From Octopus sinensis (lineage: Eukaryota), in the NCBI RefSeq assembly GCF_006345805.1, contig NC_043011.1, positions 45,520,464 through 45,584,463 on the forward strand: 64,000 nucleotides of DNA. Reading direction: 5' to 3'. A model generated the notes under the pieces. It worked only from the letters and a program-made list of their open reading frames with translations, ran no database searches and was not told the DNA's origin. Below are positions 38,150-52,224 of this stretch, in pieces. Numbering within the stretch: the first letter of the stretch is position 1; every line of letters begins with the position of its first letter. A program made the translations under genes and the position numbers.

Positions 38150-39680
38150 ATAGATCAAGACGGGGCGGTTGGTATCTATCTAATATATCGTCCATCACTC
38201 ACAGCCCTCTGCTAACCGTTGCAACGCTGTCGGTGAAAGTTCCACACCGGCGTTCAACAGAAGCTTAGTAACGAGCAAGAGCGACAACGTTCTCGAGGAA
38301 ACTGTGCGTCGATTAAAATCGGCTATCAGGTCTGTCCTAGAGGACTTTCGGGTCGGAGCCAAGGATAATTTCCAGAAACGCTTGACCCGACAGTGCTACC
38401 GGGTGGATGTTGTTAGTTCGAGATAAACTGCACAAGCACGGAAGTACCGTTTTCCAGACCTGGACGAAACGAACATAAGACTACGAAACTGTTCTGCTCG
38501 CAGTCATTCAGTGCCAGAGCATTGCTGATTGGTAGAATTGTGTCAAACACTTGCTATCACGTGTTCGATGGATTCGGCTATCAGCTGAGTTCATTATGAA
38601 GATCGTTCAAATGTCTCGTTTTGGTCGGAAGAGTCAGGCAGCGTGTATCTATCTGTATGGTAGCTTTGGCAAAAGCGGTTGTGTTGTAGACCAGATTGAA
38701 AGGACTGAAGACTCTGTGGCCAAGCCCTCATCAAGTCTTTCAAGATTCACCGAAAAGAAAGTCAGAGCAGTGAGTAAAGTGCTGCCTTTCAGGAAATTTG
38801 TTGAAAGGCAGATGAAAGCGGTCAGCATGGCCCAAGTTGGGCCTACTTTGCGGATGTTCCTGTAGACTGGAGATGGACAACTGCGAGATGCTGCTTTGTT
38901 TAGTGATCAGGGTGCGTGGCTTAGTTGTTAGGGTGTGAAGGCGGCAAGCTGTCAGGAACGTTAACACGCCGGGCGAAATGCTTAGTGGTATTTCGTCTGC
39001 CGCTACGTTCTGAGTTCAAATTCCGCCGAGGTCGACTTTGCCTTTCATCCTTTCGGGGTCGATAAATTAAGTACCAGTTCCGCACTGGGGTCGATGTAAT
39101 CGACTTAATACCTATGTCTGTCCTTGTTTGTCCCTTCTGTGTTTAGCCCCTTGTGGGCAATAAAGAAATATAGTTCTTAGGGTGTTCAGTTCACAGTCGT
39201 AACGTAGCAAGTTCGATACCAAGCGGCACGTTGTGTCCTTGAGCAAGACACTTTATTTCACGTTGCTCCAGTCCACTCAGCTGGCAAAAAAAATGAGTAG
39301 TACCTGTATTTCATAAAGGGCTAGCCTTGTCACATTCTGTGTCACGCTGAATATCCTTGAGAATTACATTAAGGGTATGCGTGTCACTTAACTACGTTGA
39401 GGTATACGCTTAGCCACTTGCACATAATTTCACGATTAGGCTGTTCTGGTGATCGAATCAACAGGAACCCGCATCGTCGTAACTGACCGAGTGCCGATTT
39501 TAAGGATGATTGTGATTTTGTGGAGGTTTCCACGAGCGGCCCTCACAAGTCTCCCTTTTTTTAGGGAATTATATCTTGTCTGGTGCGGTACTTTTTGCTT
39601 CCTTGTTACAGCTATTTTTTTACACGCTCTGTCGTGTATCATCCTCTACCGTCCCCTAATATTTTCGCCAACAAATAATG
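38150..39680 (+). mobile_element. Old Tx1-clade LINE remnant interrupted by SINEs B and F
   Basis: LSRVRWIRLSAEFIMKIV parallels LLSRIGRIRLSAESIVRI of the 19781-20776 ORF. 3' UTR-like ggtttccacgagcggccctc at ~39525. Confidence 0.7.
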
Positions 39681-40312
39681 GTAAGTAAAAAAGAAAATGC
39701 GTAAGGAGGCTGACTCGCTTGCGCTCGTAGGTTTGACAGAACAGATGGAAGAAGAGAACCTCTCTGTGGTTTCGTTCGGAGTGGAGATGACCCGGGATTG
39801 ATGCGGTTCCATGTTTGCTTCTAGGTGGCGACCTGGAAAAATAGTTAGCACGCCGGGCAAAATGCTTAGCGGTATTTCATCTGCCGCTACGTTCTGAGTT
39901 CAAATTCCGCCAAGGTCGACTTTGCTTTCATCCTTTTGGGGTCGATAAATTAAGTACCAATGACGCATTGGGGTCGATGTAATCGACTTAATCCGTTTGT
40001 CTGTACTTGTTTGTCCCCTCTGTGTTTAGCGCATTGTAAAGAAATAGGTATTTCGTCTGTTTTTACGTTCTGAGTTCAAATTCTGCCAAAGTCGATTTTG
40101 TCTTTCATCTTTTCAGGGTCGTACTTGGGCCGATGTAATCGACTATTCCCCTTCCTCCAGAAGTTTTCAAGCCCTTGTGCATAGAGTAGAAACAAAAATA
40201 AGAATTATTATTAAGGCGACGAGCTGGCAGAATACCAGTAATGCACGGGAGCCAATGTAATTCGACTAGTCCTCTCGCCAAATATTTCAGGCCTTGTGCC
40301 TATAGCAGAAAG

Positions 40313-40357
<45 letters not shown>

Positions 40358-40433
40358 CAATTATTATTATTAATTATTATTATTAATTATTAATTATTAT
40401 TATTATCATTATTATTATTATTATTATTATTAT

Positions 40434-40828
40434 TGAGTGAGAGAGCAGTGCATGCCATCAAAGTGACACTGGGGTAAAATATACGAAGCCCAGTATACCC
40501 ATCATGACTACCCGTCTGATAAGGGTACACCAGGCACATGCATCACAACCATATGTGTGCGACATGGTGATCTCATATCAAGATAAACAGCACATGACCT
40601 TGCAGGTGGGGCCCAGTTAGAATTTTCTTCAGGTCGAGTAGCCCATCCTGCTCAAAAGGTCCCTGAATAAGGGTTGCTTTAGGATGATGAACGAAACACC
40701 CATGTTTCCAAAGGTGAATTATTCAAACCCCAAAGAATCCCTCTCAACACATGGCTATGATGCTCCTCCACTACTTCTGCTCATGATCAGAGATGCACAT
40801 ATCGTCAGCCACTAAGGGACATGCTCTA
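40434..40828 (-). mobile_element. Family C retroposon in (TTA)n
   Basis: Homologous to 18981-19385, with (TTA)n on both sides. Confidence 0.8.
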
Positions 40829-40854
40829 TTATTATTATTATCATTATTATTATT

Positions 40855-41905
40855 TTTTTTCTTCTTTCAAATTTGCTTCCATTTCTTGCCGAGTGTCTTC
40901 CCGACTCCTAGGGCAAAGAAACTCATAGCATACATTGGTAGGCCATTAAACCAAACTTAGTAGTTCGTTCATTTTTTTTTTTTTTTTTTTTAAAGTTAAA
41001 TTAAAATACATGAGCAGCAACAGTTCTCACATCGACAATGCTCTTCTCAATACGTGTGATGTACCAGTTAAGACAATCTTTTGCACTTCTTGCAGGGATG
41101 GTAAGCCAGGGATCATTCTCATATAATTTTCGGTCCCTTCTTGATCATTCCTAGTGCTCCTACGATCACTGGTATTGTAACCGCCTTGAGATGCCACATT
41201 TTCTCAATTTCAATGAGTAGGTCTTTGTATTTTCTGAGCTTGTCAAACTCTTTCGCTGAGATATTATGATCACAGGGGATGCTCATGTCGATCAATAAGC
41301 AAACTTTATTGTTTTGGTCTTTCACAACAATATCTGGTTTATTGGCCTTGATGGTTCGGTCTGTATGTACTGGAAAGTCCCACAGAATGGTTACATTTTC
41401 TCCTTCAGTTACAGCCTCAGGGTGGTGATTATACCACTTGTCGGCAGTTTTGATATTGTAATGCCGACTTATTAGCCAGTGGAGATATTGGCCAACTCTG
41501 TCATGTCTTAATTTATACTCCACTGGTGCTAAGACTTTACATCCAGAGATTAGGTGGTCCACTGTTTCAATCATGTCGTTGCAGAATCGGCATTTTGGGT
41601 CTGCTCCATTTTTCATCATATTGGCCTGGTAGTTCCGGGTTAATAGGCTTTGATCTTGAGCAGCCAGGATGAAACCTTCGCTCTCTGCTTTTAGCCCTGA
41701 GCGCCGTAGCCACTGATGGGTTTGCTTCTGGTCAACATCAGCTTGTTTGCTGCGGGTCACATATTTGCCGTGCAGAGGTTTCTCCTCCCACCTATCAGCC
41801 AATTGCTCGTGCGCTTCTTCATTGCCATCATTTTCACCTTCTTTGCAACAATAGTTGCCGTACTTCCCTCGGGTTGTTCAGTTTGGGTATCCTGCACGAG
41901 ATCAC
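40855..41905 (-). mobile_element. R4/Dong-clade LINE 3' fragment (CCHC + RLE)
   Basis: ORF 41119-41802: LHGKY, AAQDQSLLTRNY, CRFC...ETVDHLISGC, RHD, WDFPVHTD...KPDIV...ID...K...KY and PVIVGALG. Both ends lie in (TTA)n. Confidence 0.93.
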
Positions 41906-41918
41906 ATTATTATTATTA

Positions 41919-41976
<58 letters not shown>

Positions 41977-42175
41977 CATCAATACGGCGAGCTGGCAGAA
42001 TCGTTAGCGTTTCTTCCATCTTTACGTTCTGAGTTCAAATTCCGCCAAGGCAGAATTTACCTTCCATCCTCTGCGGTCGATAAAATAAGTACGAGATGAT
42101 TATTGGAGTCGATGTAATCGATATAGCTACCCGCCCCCACAAAAAAATTCAGGTTTTGCGTCTATAGTAGAAAGG

Positions 42176-42212
<37 letters not shown>

Positions 42213-43406
42213 GCAGCAGCAACAGCAACAGCAGTTGTGGTTCTTGTTACTGTTGTTTATGGTTTATTTTTCCCGCCAAACTTAAAATAAAGGGAATTCT
42301 TCTTTTCTATTCTTCACACACACACACACACACACACCACACACACGCAGACACACACACACACATACATATATACACACACACAAGTACAAACTCATGC
42401 ACATACACTTAATTACCAACCACGCATCTAGCAAATCACTCGACATCACCCCTCCACCCCAAACTACCACCAACACCATCACCATCACCAAAAGCACCAC
42501 CACCCTTCCGCTATCCCATCATCATCACCATCTCCGCCACCACTACAACCTCCCCCCATACCACCACCATCAACGTCACCACAACCATCCTCGCTACATT
42601 ACTCCCACACCATCATCGTTACCGCCACCACACCACCGCTACCACCCCCACCGCCGCCGCCGTTACCACCACCACCACCACCACTACCACCGCAAGAAAA
42701 CCTCTCACCATCACCACCACAACCATCCTCACTACATTCCCCCCCACACCATCACCGTTACCACCACCACCACACCACCGCTACCACCCCCATCGCCGCC
42801 GCCGTTACCACCACCACCACTACCACCGCAAAAAAACCTCTCACCACCACCAGCACCGCAAACCTCGTACCATCTGGGCTAACCATGACTGTGACGCGAG
42901 AAGTGATGGGGTGGATGGTGAGAAAAGCCCCCCTCCTATCCTTAACATCTGTCATCTCTACTGGTGTTATTGTAATACTCTCTCATTGGTTGTATATGGG
43001 AGTAGACATCTGTAGAACATTAGCGGTGAAGGGGGTGTGGGATGAGGTGGGGGTGGGGGGTTAGTTAATAGGGGTCCGGTTCTTGACCTTAAAACCCCCT
43101 TATACTCTCTGTGGAGTAAGGGACCAGAAGGAGAGGCTGAAGGAACTTATTTGGCTGGGATCTTCCGCTTCCGATTAACTTGTAAACACATTAAATAGAC
43201 TTGGATTTGAAATGCACGCGCACACACTCACACACACATTCACACACACAGACACACACACACATAGACATACACTCATGCACACAGACACACTCACACA
43301 CGCAGACAGCTCCACAAACGTTTGTATGTATATACGTTTATACGCGAACGTATACATTCACACGTATATATAATGTGTGTGTGTGTTGTGTGTGTGTGTA
43401 TGTGTG

Positions 43407-43470
<64 letters not shown>

Positions 43471-44390
43471 TTTATGTATGTATGTATGTATGTGTATATA
43501 CAGTGTATCCCAGAAGTCGCGCACCATTCTGGTTTTCATTTAAAATAATTAAAGCAAAATATTTTATTATATTTTTTTATTATATATAAATATATGCATA
43601 TATACATACCTACATATATATGTATATATACATGCATATATGGGTACAGGACATCAAAAAAAAAAAACGTTGAACACAATGAGAAACGAAAACAAAAACA
43701 AAAAATGGAAACGAACTTTTTTTCAAACGAAAAAAAAACAGAGTACAAGACATACAACACAAGGAATATTCCCCTTCTTCAGTTATCCCTGTTTCATCTA
43801 CTCCGCATATACACACACATATATACATATACATAAGTGGTAGCGGGGTGGTGCGTATATTATACTCTCTTCAAGCCAATTAAGAAGTTTTTCACTTCTT
43901 ACAGATCTTTAATGGCAGATAAAATACTAACACAAGAAATGACAAAAAAACATACTGTCATTTTTGTTCTAGAAACTACCGGAGTGGCTGTGTGATAAGA
44001 AGCTTCCTTCCCAAACACATGGTTCCGGGTTCAGTCCCAGTGCGTCGCACATTGGATAAGTGTCTTCTACTATAGCCTCGTGTCGACCAAAGCCTTGTGA
44101 GGGGATTAGGTAGACGGAAACTGAAAAACTGAAAGAAGCCCGTCGTATATCTTTTACTCTTTTACTTGTTTCAGTCATTTGACTGCGGCCATGCTGGGGC
44201 ACCGCCTTTAGTCGAGCAACTCGACCCCGGGACTTACTCTTTTTCTAAGCCCAGTACTTATTCTATCGGTCTCTTTTTGTCGAACCGCTAAGTGACGGCG
44301 ACATAAACACACCAGCATCGGTTTGTCAAGCAATGCTAGGGGGACAAACACAGACACACAAACATACATGCACACACACACCACACACAC

Positions 44391-44430
<40 letters not shown>

Positions 44431-45584
44431 TAGGACGGGCTTCTTTCAATTTCCGTCTACCAAATCCACTCACAAGGCTTTGGTCGGCCCGAGGCTATAG
44501 TAGAAGACACTTACCCAAGGTGCCACGCAGTGGGACTGAACCCGGAACCATGTGGTTGGTAAACAAGCTACTTACCACACAGCCACTCCTGCGCCTATAT
44601 ATATATATATACACATACATACACACACACATATATGTATACATGTATGTATTTGTGTGTCTGTATTTGTCTCTCTACCATCGCTTGACAACCAATGTTT
44701 GTGTATTTACGTCCCCCATAACTTAGCGGTTCGCAAAAAAGTGACCGATAGAGTAAGTACTAGGCTTGCAAAGAACAAGTCCTGGGATACCTATGCTCTG
44801 ACTGAGATTAGTGATATTGCATGTACCCATTGAGATATGCAAAGAGAGCACAATACGACATAACGCCATATTGATTACGATGTTTCCAGATCAGCACCAA
44901 CATTTAAAATTAGGAATGTACAAAATCAGTCGAAAAATTAGGAAACTACACTCATTTACATTTTCTAGTAAATTACGCAAATTGGCAACACTTATGGTAT
45001 CATCGGTGCGCAGCTCTCCATTCACTTTATACACTAAATTTCACATTTGTCGCTCCTATTAACCCGTTTAGAACAATTAGATTTTGCTATAACGCATATT
45101 TTCCATTGAACTCAAACAGGAGTGACTGTGTGGTAAGTAGCTTGTTTAGCAACCACATGGTTCTGGGTTCAGTGCCACTGCGTGACACCTTGGGCAAGTG
45201 TCTTCTACTATAGCAGCGGATCGACCAAAGCCTTGCGAGCGGATTTTGTGGACGGAAACTGAAAGAAGCCCGTCGTATATATGTATATGTGTGTGTGTGT
45301 GTGTTTGTTCGTGTGTCTGCCCCCCCCCCCAACATCGCTTGAGAACCGACGCTGGTGTGTTTACATCCCCGTAACTTAAAGGTTCGACAAAAGAGACCGA
45401 TAGAATAAGTACTAGGCTTACAAAGAATAAGTCCTGCGGTCGATTTGCTCGACTAAAAGCGATGCTCCAGCATGGCCACAGTCAAATGACTGAAACAAGT
45501 AAAAAAGTAAAAGAGAGTATTTTCGTGACTAAGTGGACACTAGTTTGATAGCTGAGCTCTGATTGGCTGTATGCAAATAAGTTC

Positions 45585-46800
45585 ATAACTGGTGTCCGGA
45601 ACTCTCTTGGGAAAATAATTTCGCATCCGGTACACTGTTGTTAAGTTGTGAATAGAAGAAGAACGCAGTGGAAAGCCATAGATGTTTCAATAAGATTCAG
45701 TAGCTACTCACAATGGATGTCAGACAATCTTTACGATCATGTGAAACCAAACTTGTCGCCTCCAAATTTGCCAGATTTTAATCCCATGAACTACGTTTGG
45801 AGAGTTGTTAAAGGGAGACAAATCGACGTCCTCTCAATACCACACTCACTGAAGGCTTCCATTGCCCAGATAATGTCCAAAATGAATAACGACAATCTAA
45901 TGCAGGAGTATTAAATTCCCGAAGTTGAAGGTGGATTAATCGAAACAAGACTCAGCTTACTCAAGGAATGAAGAGGCCTGCTGTTATTGTGGCCTTAAAC
46001 ACTGAACACAGCGATTTAGAGATAGCAGATTTTAAAAGCCACCAGATCTTTCGTCTACAAAGTTTGAAGAAGTTGAAACATGAGATATCGAAACGCAAGA
46101 AACATCACCCAACACTCCGATACCATAAGAACATCCGAATTTATTCAATAAGTTCAGCAGATTTTAATGGAATTCCAAAAAAATCCAAGAGGTCAAATGC
46201 AAAAGATCCCCGTGTGTCTGAAGGGATAACCAAAAATGTTGTCCACGAAGACATCCGATACAAGTCTTAATGTGATAAGGAGAGATCAATTAATGTTAGA
46301 AAAGAAAAAAACAAAAACAAAACAAAACAAAGGAAAATCGTTTGATTAAATTTAAAAGGCTATCAAGCAAAGTTAAACACCCTGAACATGAAACGATTTG
46401 GTTTTTCTCAGATGAAAAAAAAAAAGAAGAAAAATCTTTGAACAGGACCAGAAGATTAGCAGAAAAAATGATAGATGGCTATGTTCAGATGCCTCTGAAG
46501 TTTCAACAGTCATGCGCACAAGATTTTTTACAACTGTTATGGCTGTCAGTAATGAAGGACATGTGATACCTCCTCATTTTTTTCTACAAAGCCTTAGAGT
46601 TAACTTTGCTGGCTACATTGAGGCCCTTAAAACATTTGTTAAATCCTAGATAGATTACGCAATGGAAGGCTGTACATGTCTTATCAGGACTCTGCGCCAT
46701 CACATAAGGCTCAAGTAACCCACGAATGAATCTCTGACAATTTTCAGGACTACATAAGCCCTAACATTTGGTCCCTAACATAATTTTCCAACTGTAAATA
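45585..46800 (+). mobile_element. Tc1/mariner-superfamily remnants, rearranged
   Basis: WFFSDEK, PPNLPDFNPMNYVW, QDSAPSH and ISPNIW motifs; related to 12158-12943. Confidence 0.7.
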
Positions 46801-47510
46801 AATCATAGTTTACATTAATATGTCCTAATATTAGAAATACATTTTAAGGTGACATGCTGGCAGAATTGTTGTTAGCAAGCATGGTAAAAATCTTAGTGGC
46901 ATTTCACCCGTCTTTACGCTCTGAGTGCAAATTCCATTGAGGTCGACTTTACCTTTTATCCTTTCAGGGACGATAAGATAAGTACCAGTTGAACACTGGG
47001 GTCGATGTAATCAATTAATCATTTCCCCCAAATTGCTGGCCTTGTGTCAAAATTTAAAACCAATACTACTAATTCAATTTACATTCATATTTATGAAATA
47101 TATCCATGTACTATGGAGGCACAATGGCCCAGTGGTTAGGGCAGCGGACTCGCGGTCGTAGGATCGCGGTTTCGATTTCCAGACAGGGCGTTGTGAGTGT
47201 TTATTGAACGAAAACACCTAAAGCTCCACGAGGCTCCGGCAGGGGGTGGTGGCGATCCCTGCTGTACTCTTTCACCACAACTTTCTCTCACTCTTTCTTC
47301 TGTTGGCCTGCTCGCTTAGCCAGCGGAGTGGCGTCATTTGAAGGCTAAAACAGTGCGATGCGCATTGTGACCAGCGATGTGTAGCAACATCTGATAGCCT
47401 GGTCGGTCACGTGACGTGATATCCATGTACTATCGAAACGCACGTAACTAAAGAATTAAATGTAATATAATAAATTCCAGTCTTCCATTTAATGTATTAT
47501 GCACTGCACT

Positions 47511-47655
47511 CACTAGCGTAGCTAAGGAGGTAGTGCGGTAGGGGTGGTCCGCCCCGGGCGGCACTTTTGAAGGAGTGGCACTTTTGGGTCTGCTGTAGGC
47601 AATATATGTTTTTTCGTGGGGTCCGGGCGCGGCACACACTCTAGCTACACTAATG
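47511..47655. mobile_element. hAT-like MITE
   Basis: TIR cactagcgtagcta / tagctacactaatg; TSD actgcact / tctgcact. Confidence 0.7.
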
Positions 47656-47869
47656 TCTGCACTCACATACTCATATATACATACACACATACGCATATGC
47701 GCGTGTGTGTGTGTCTATATACGCGTATGTGAGTGCTTGTATGTGTATGTATGTAGGTGAGTGTGTTATTGTGTTTGTGATCCCACCACTTCACAATCGG
47801 TTTTGATTTGCTTACGCTCCCGTAACTTAGCGGTTCGACAAAAGTAGGATATGCAATATATATATATAT

Positions 47870-48917
47870 AGAGGATGGGATCATAGAGGATGGGATCAGA
47901 CGTGCAACAGAAATCAACATAGAAACTTTAAGAAAAGTTCAACACAACAACACACCTTCCCCGAAAATACTACCTTACATATCTACATACAACCCCAGAA
48001 ACAAAGAAGCCTTCACCATCATCACCCAGAATTTACCAATACTTCATAAAAACCCAAAATTAAAGGAAATTCTAAACATACACCAAATCATTAAAAGCTA
48101 CAAACAGCCTAAATCACTTAAAAGATTCTCACAAAGCAAAATGTCTTCTAAAATTACGGATGCAAAAGTAAAAAAATGTGGTAGATCGAACTGTGCAACA
48201 TGTCCTAACCTATTGGAAGGATCAGAATTCTTCTTTAAAGAGGGACAGAAATTTAAGATCAAATCTAACTTTACTTGTGCCTCTGAAAACATAATTTATG
48301 TTATTAAATGCTCGGGCTGCCACCAAGACTACGTGGTTCCACGGGACTATCACTCAGGCGCAGATGCACACTGCATCGACAACAGATTGCATTCCCAGAA
48401 TATAGAATGATACCTTTTAGTGAGCACATTGAGAAATGCGCAAAGCAACTACTGCCACAATTTTTAATCTTCCCATTTTACCAATGTGCTTTCGGATCAT
48501 CAACACAAATGAGACTGAACAAGGAAACATTCTTCATTGAAAAGTACAAACCCAGACTCAACCATCCGAACATACTGACACAGAAAAATTAACAAGGAAA
48601 AGGGAAAAAAAATTTTTAAGCGATTATCTCCCCTACACCGGAAAAAATCACTCACTACCTCCCCTTATTTAGAAATCTCCTGGAAATAAAAACAACGATA
48701 ATTCCATGCAATATAAACATAACGTCACAAGAAATTTGAAAAGCTACACGCGAAACCGGTAATTTCTTAAAAAATTTTTTAAATTATGTCATTTTAAGGA
48801 AAGGAAAAAAAAAAAAAAAAAAAAATTTTTTTCCAATATTCTCCAGACATTTTGACACAAATATATATATTTTTTAACATTTAAGCCTTCTGTCGTTTTT
48901 TCACACTTTACTATTTT

Positions 48918-48920
<3 letters not shown>
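47870..48920 (+). mobile_element. Penelope-like element (Neptune type), 3' fragment with GIY-YIG endonuclease and pseudo-LTR
   Basis: LPYISTYNP, linker CGRSNCATC, NIIYVIKC-x2-C...Y-VGST...R...H and E..FI.KY.P.LN; one frameshift. Flanked by (TA)n. Confidence 0.88.
48729..48768 (+). ncRNA. Minimal hammerhead ribozyme, U3-A8 variant, in the PLE 3' end
   Basis: AAGAAAT-TTGAAAA-GC-tacac-GC-GAAA-C-cg-GTA-ATTTCTT, with a perfect 7-bp helix I. Confidence 0.8.
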
Positions 48921-48950
<30 letters not shown>

Positions 48951-49112
48951 TGACGTATATTTGCCATTTGAATATGGCTAACCCCTAAGGGTGGATGCTA
49001 CTGTAGTTTGTAGCCCCAGGAGGACACCTCCTCCAGCTGGCTATAGACACACTTTCTATGCCTATCAGTATTTGCAAAGGGAAGCCATCCTTCCCGTCTT
49101 CAACTTATGATA

Positions 49113-49157
49113 CACACGGACTCGAGTTTCAGGGTATTGACCCGTCATCGGCGTGTG
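49113..49157 (-). ncRNA. Hammerhead ribozyme (U4C variant) in a (TA)n-flanked island
   Basis: CACACG-CCGATGA-cGGG-tcaata-CCCt-GAAA-C-tcga-GTC-CGTGTG. Confidence 0.7.
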
Positions 49158-49521
49158 ACAATCATAGTTGTCGATGAGAAGTAGGTTCCCTTCACAAATA
49201 CATATACTTTTTCCAGTATCGATTGACACTGATATTGAAAAAGTGTAATCAAACATTATCATTATATATATATATATATATACCAGACTAAAATAACTAC
49301 TGATGTCAATTTGTTCGATTAGTTGTTCAAGCCAGTGCTCCAGTATGGCCGCTGTCCCAATGACCGAGTAACGGAGCTACGCTTCGATTTAACGAAAAGG
49401 CGAAATCAAACAAAACACAGCACGTCGGAATAAAACAGTTCAGCAGTGAAGGTCTTTTGACTTAAGTGAGAAGAGTAAAGACGATCAAAACGCCACCTAG
49501 TGGTTATACCACTGTTTAGGC

Positions 49522-50144
49522 CAGTGTTTCTCAACCATTTCGTTTTTTACCTGTAGTTTTCTTTGGTTCTTGTTTTACTCTGGCTATTCGATGCTTTTTT
49601 TTTTTAAATCTTATTACATTTTCATATCATTTTATTTATGCGCCCTTTTCAAACCTAGCCAGGCTCATGGGCCCGGTTTCCCGGTTTCTGTGTTCCTCCC
49701 AGCTGGACGGGACGCCAGTCCATCGCAGCGTTACTCAAGAAACAGGAAGAAAGAGTGAGAGAAAGTTGGGGCGAAAGAGTACAACAGGGGTCGTCACCAG
49801 CCCCTGCCAGAGCCTCGTGGAATTTTAAGTGTTTTCGCTCAATAAACACACAAAACGCCCGGTCTGGGAATCGAAACCGCGATCCTCCGACCGCGAGTCC
49901 GCTGCCCTAACCACTGGGTCATTGCGCCTCCACATTACATTTTTATAATTAAATATTATTAGGAATTAAATTTAAAAAATATATATTTTGTCGTGCTGAC
50001 AATCATGAGGTAGTGAGTTCAATTCTCGGCCCGGGCTGTGTGTTGTGCTCTTGTAGACATAACACCAATTTACTGCAGATAAATTTTAACATAAAATCTT
50101 ATACGGACCCCTAGAATCATATACACTCCGGTTGAGCACCACTG
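49522..50144. mobile_element. hAT MITE with nested SINE E
   Basis: TIR cagtgtttctcaacc / ggttgagcaccactg; TSD gtttaggc / gtttagga. Confidence 0.8.
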
Positions 50145-50439
50145 GTTTAGGATAAGAATTAATAGTTTAACCCCCAACAAATGGTAAAAATTATTTGTCC
50201 TTTGTATATAATCTATTTGTGGAGGCGCATGGCCTAGTGGTTTGGGTGATGGTGATGCGCACAAAATCGTGGTTTCGATTCCTAGACTGCCACTGTACTG
50301 TGTTGTTAAGCATCGCCGGTCTAGGAATCACGTTGCTCTAGTCCGCTCAGCTGTGAATGGGTAACCTTGCGACAGACTGGTGTTTCGTATAGAGGGAATG
50401 TTGGTCGCTCCGCCCGACCGGTTGACTGGCATTATTCGA

Positions 50440-50716
50440 AAGCTTGCCCAAGGTTCCCGTGGTCTTTTCCGTAGGCTTTTCTATCCACGGACAAACCTAA
50501 TCTGTTTTCCCTTTTTACATTGACATTTCTGTGTTACACAATCCATATTGATCGCCCCCCCCCCCACTTTTTCCCTTTCTTTCTTTTCACGATCCCTTTT
50601 GATCGGAAATTCGCCCCCTTTTTTCTTTTTTTTTTCTCCTCTTCTTCCCAAAATGAAAAGCCCTGCTTTGTATTTTGTCCCTTCTGTGTTCAGCCCTGCG
50701 TGGCCAATAAAGAAAT
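50440..50716 (+). mobile_element. Tx1-like 3' UTR fragment
   Basis: Pyrimidine-rich UTR ending ttttgtcccttctgtgttcagccctgcgtggccaataaagaaat. Confidence 0.55.
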
Positions 50717-51384
50717 CTATTCGAAAGCTATAACGAAGAGAGTGAAGGCGCATGGCTCAGTGGTTAGAGCGTCGGGCTGACAATCATGGGGTGGTGAGTT
50801 CGATTCCCGGACCGGGTTGTGTGTTGTGTTCTTGAGCAAGACACTATTTCACGTTGCTTCAGTTCACTCAGCTCTAGAAAGGAGTTGCGACATCACTGGT
50901 GCCAAGTTGTATCGCCCCCTGTGCCTTTTCTTTGGATAATATTAGTGGCGCAGAGAGGGGAGGCTGGTATGCATGGGTGACTGTTGGCCTTCCATAAACA
51001 ACCTTGCCCGGACTTGTGCCTCGAAGGGTAACTTTCTACGTGCAATCCCATGGTCAGTTATGATGACCGAAGGGAGGGTCATTACTTTGTTTTATAACAA
51101 AGAGAAGAAGCGCATCGTGACCATCGGTGTATAGCAACCTTTGATTGTGTGGTCGATAAATGATATAATCTATTTGAAAAAAAAACAACGCAATGTTAAG
51201 TTGGATAGAATGGGTGGGGTGGATAGAGTCGTAAAACATCAATCAGTGATTTCATTGTAATTTAACCCTAGGTCAAATATGTTCCTGATCAGAAGCAATT
51301 CAACTATGTAGACCATCCCGTATTTTATTCACACAATGAATAAAAATCCCGATGGTTACCAGTCAGCTGAGAGTATTTTCTTTT

Positions 51385-51930
51385 CTACCCTAGGCACAAG
51401 GCCCGAAATTTTGGGGGAGGGGTCCAGTCGATAAGGTCGACCCCAGTACTTAATTTATCGATACCGAAAGGATGAAGGGCAAAGTCGACCTCGGCGGATT
51501 TGAACTCAGAACGTAAAGACAGACGAAATACCTATTTCTTTACTACCCACAGAGAGGACAAACAAGGACAGACAAACGGATTAAGTCGATTATATCGACC
51601 CCAGTGCGTAACTGGTACTTAATTAATCGACCCCGAAAAGATGAAAGGCAAAGTCGACCTCGGCGGAATTTGAACTCAGAACGTAGCGGCAGACGAAATA
51701 CCTATTTCTTTACTACCCACAAGGGGCTAAACACAGAGAGGACAAACAAGGACAGACAAACGGATTAAGTCGATTATATCGACCCCAGTGCGTAACTGGT
51801 ACTTATTTAATCGACCTCGAAAGGATGAAAGGCATAGTCGACCTCGGCGGAATTTGAACTCAGAACGTAACGGCAGACAAAATGCGGCTACGCATTTCGC
51901 CCGGCGTGCTAGCGTTTCTGGCAGCTCGAC
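51385..51930 (-). mobile_element. SINE family B tandem trimer
   Basis: Three core units with two identical junctions gacgaaatacc|tatttcttt. Confidence 0.9.
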
Positions 51931-52224
51931 GCTTTCAATAACTTATTTAATAAAATTGTCTTCTGTAAAGCACTTGATCGCCCCAATTACTAGACATAGC
52001 TAAATCTCTCTTTTAACTTACACTTTACTGATGTTAAAAAATAAAAGATACGTTATATAATGATGTCTTAGATATTACTGGCTGAATGAAAGAATAGATA
52101 GTCACCAATGGAACGCTTTTGATCATAGGCCGACTATATCTATGCTGACCTGGGGTTAAATAACAGTGACATGCACGTCAGTTATATACGCATACAATAT
52201 TATGCACAAATTATATACACACGG

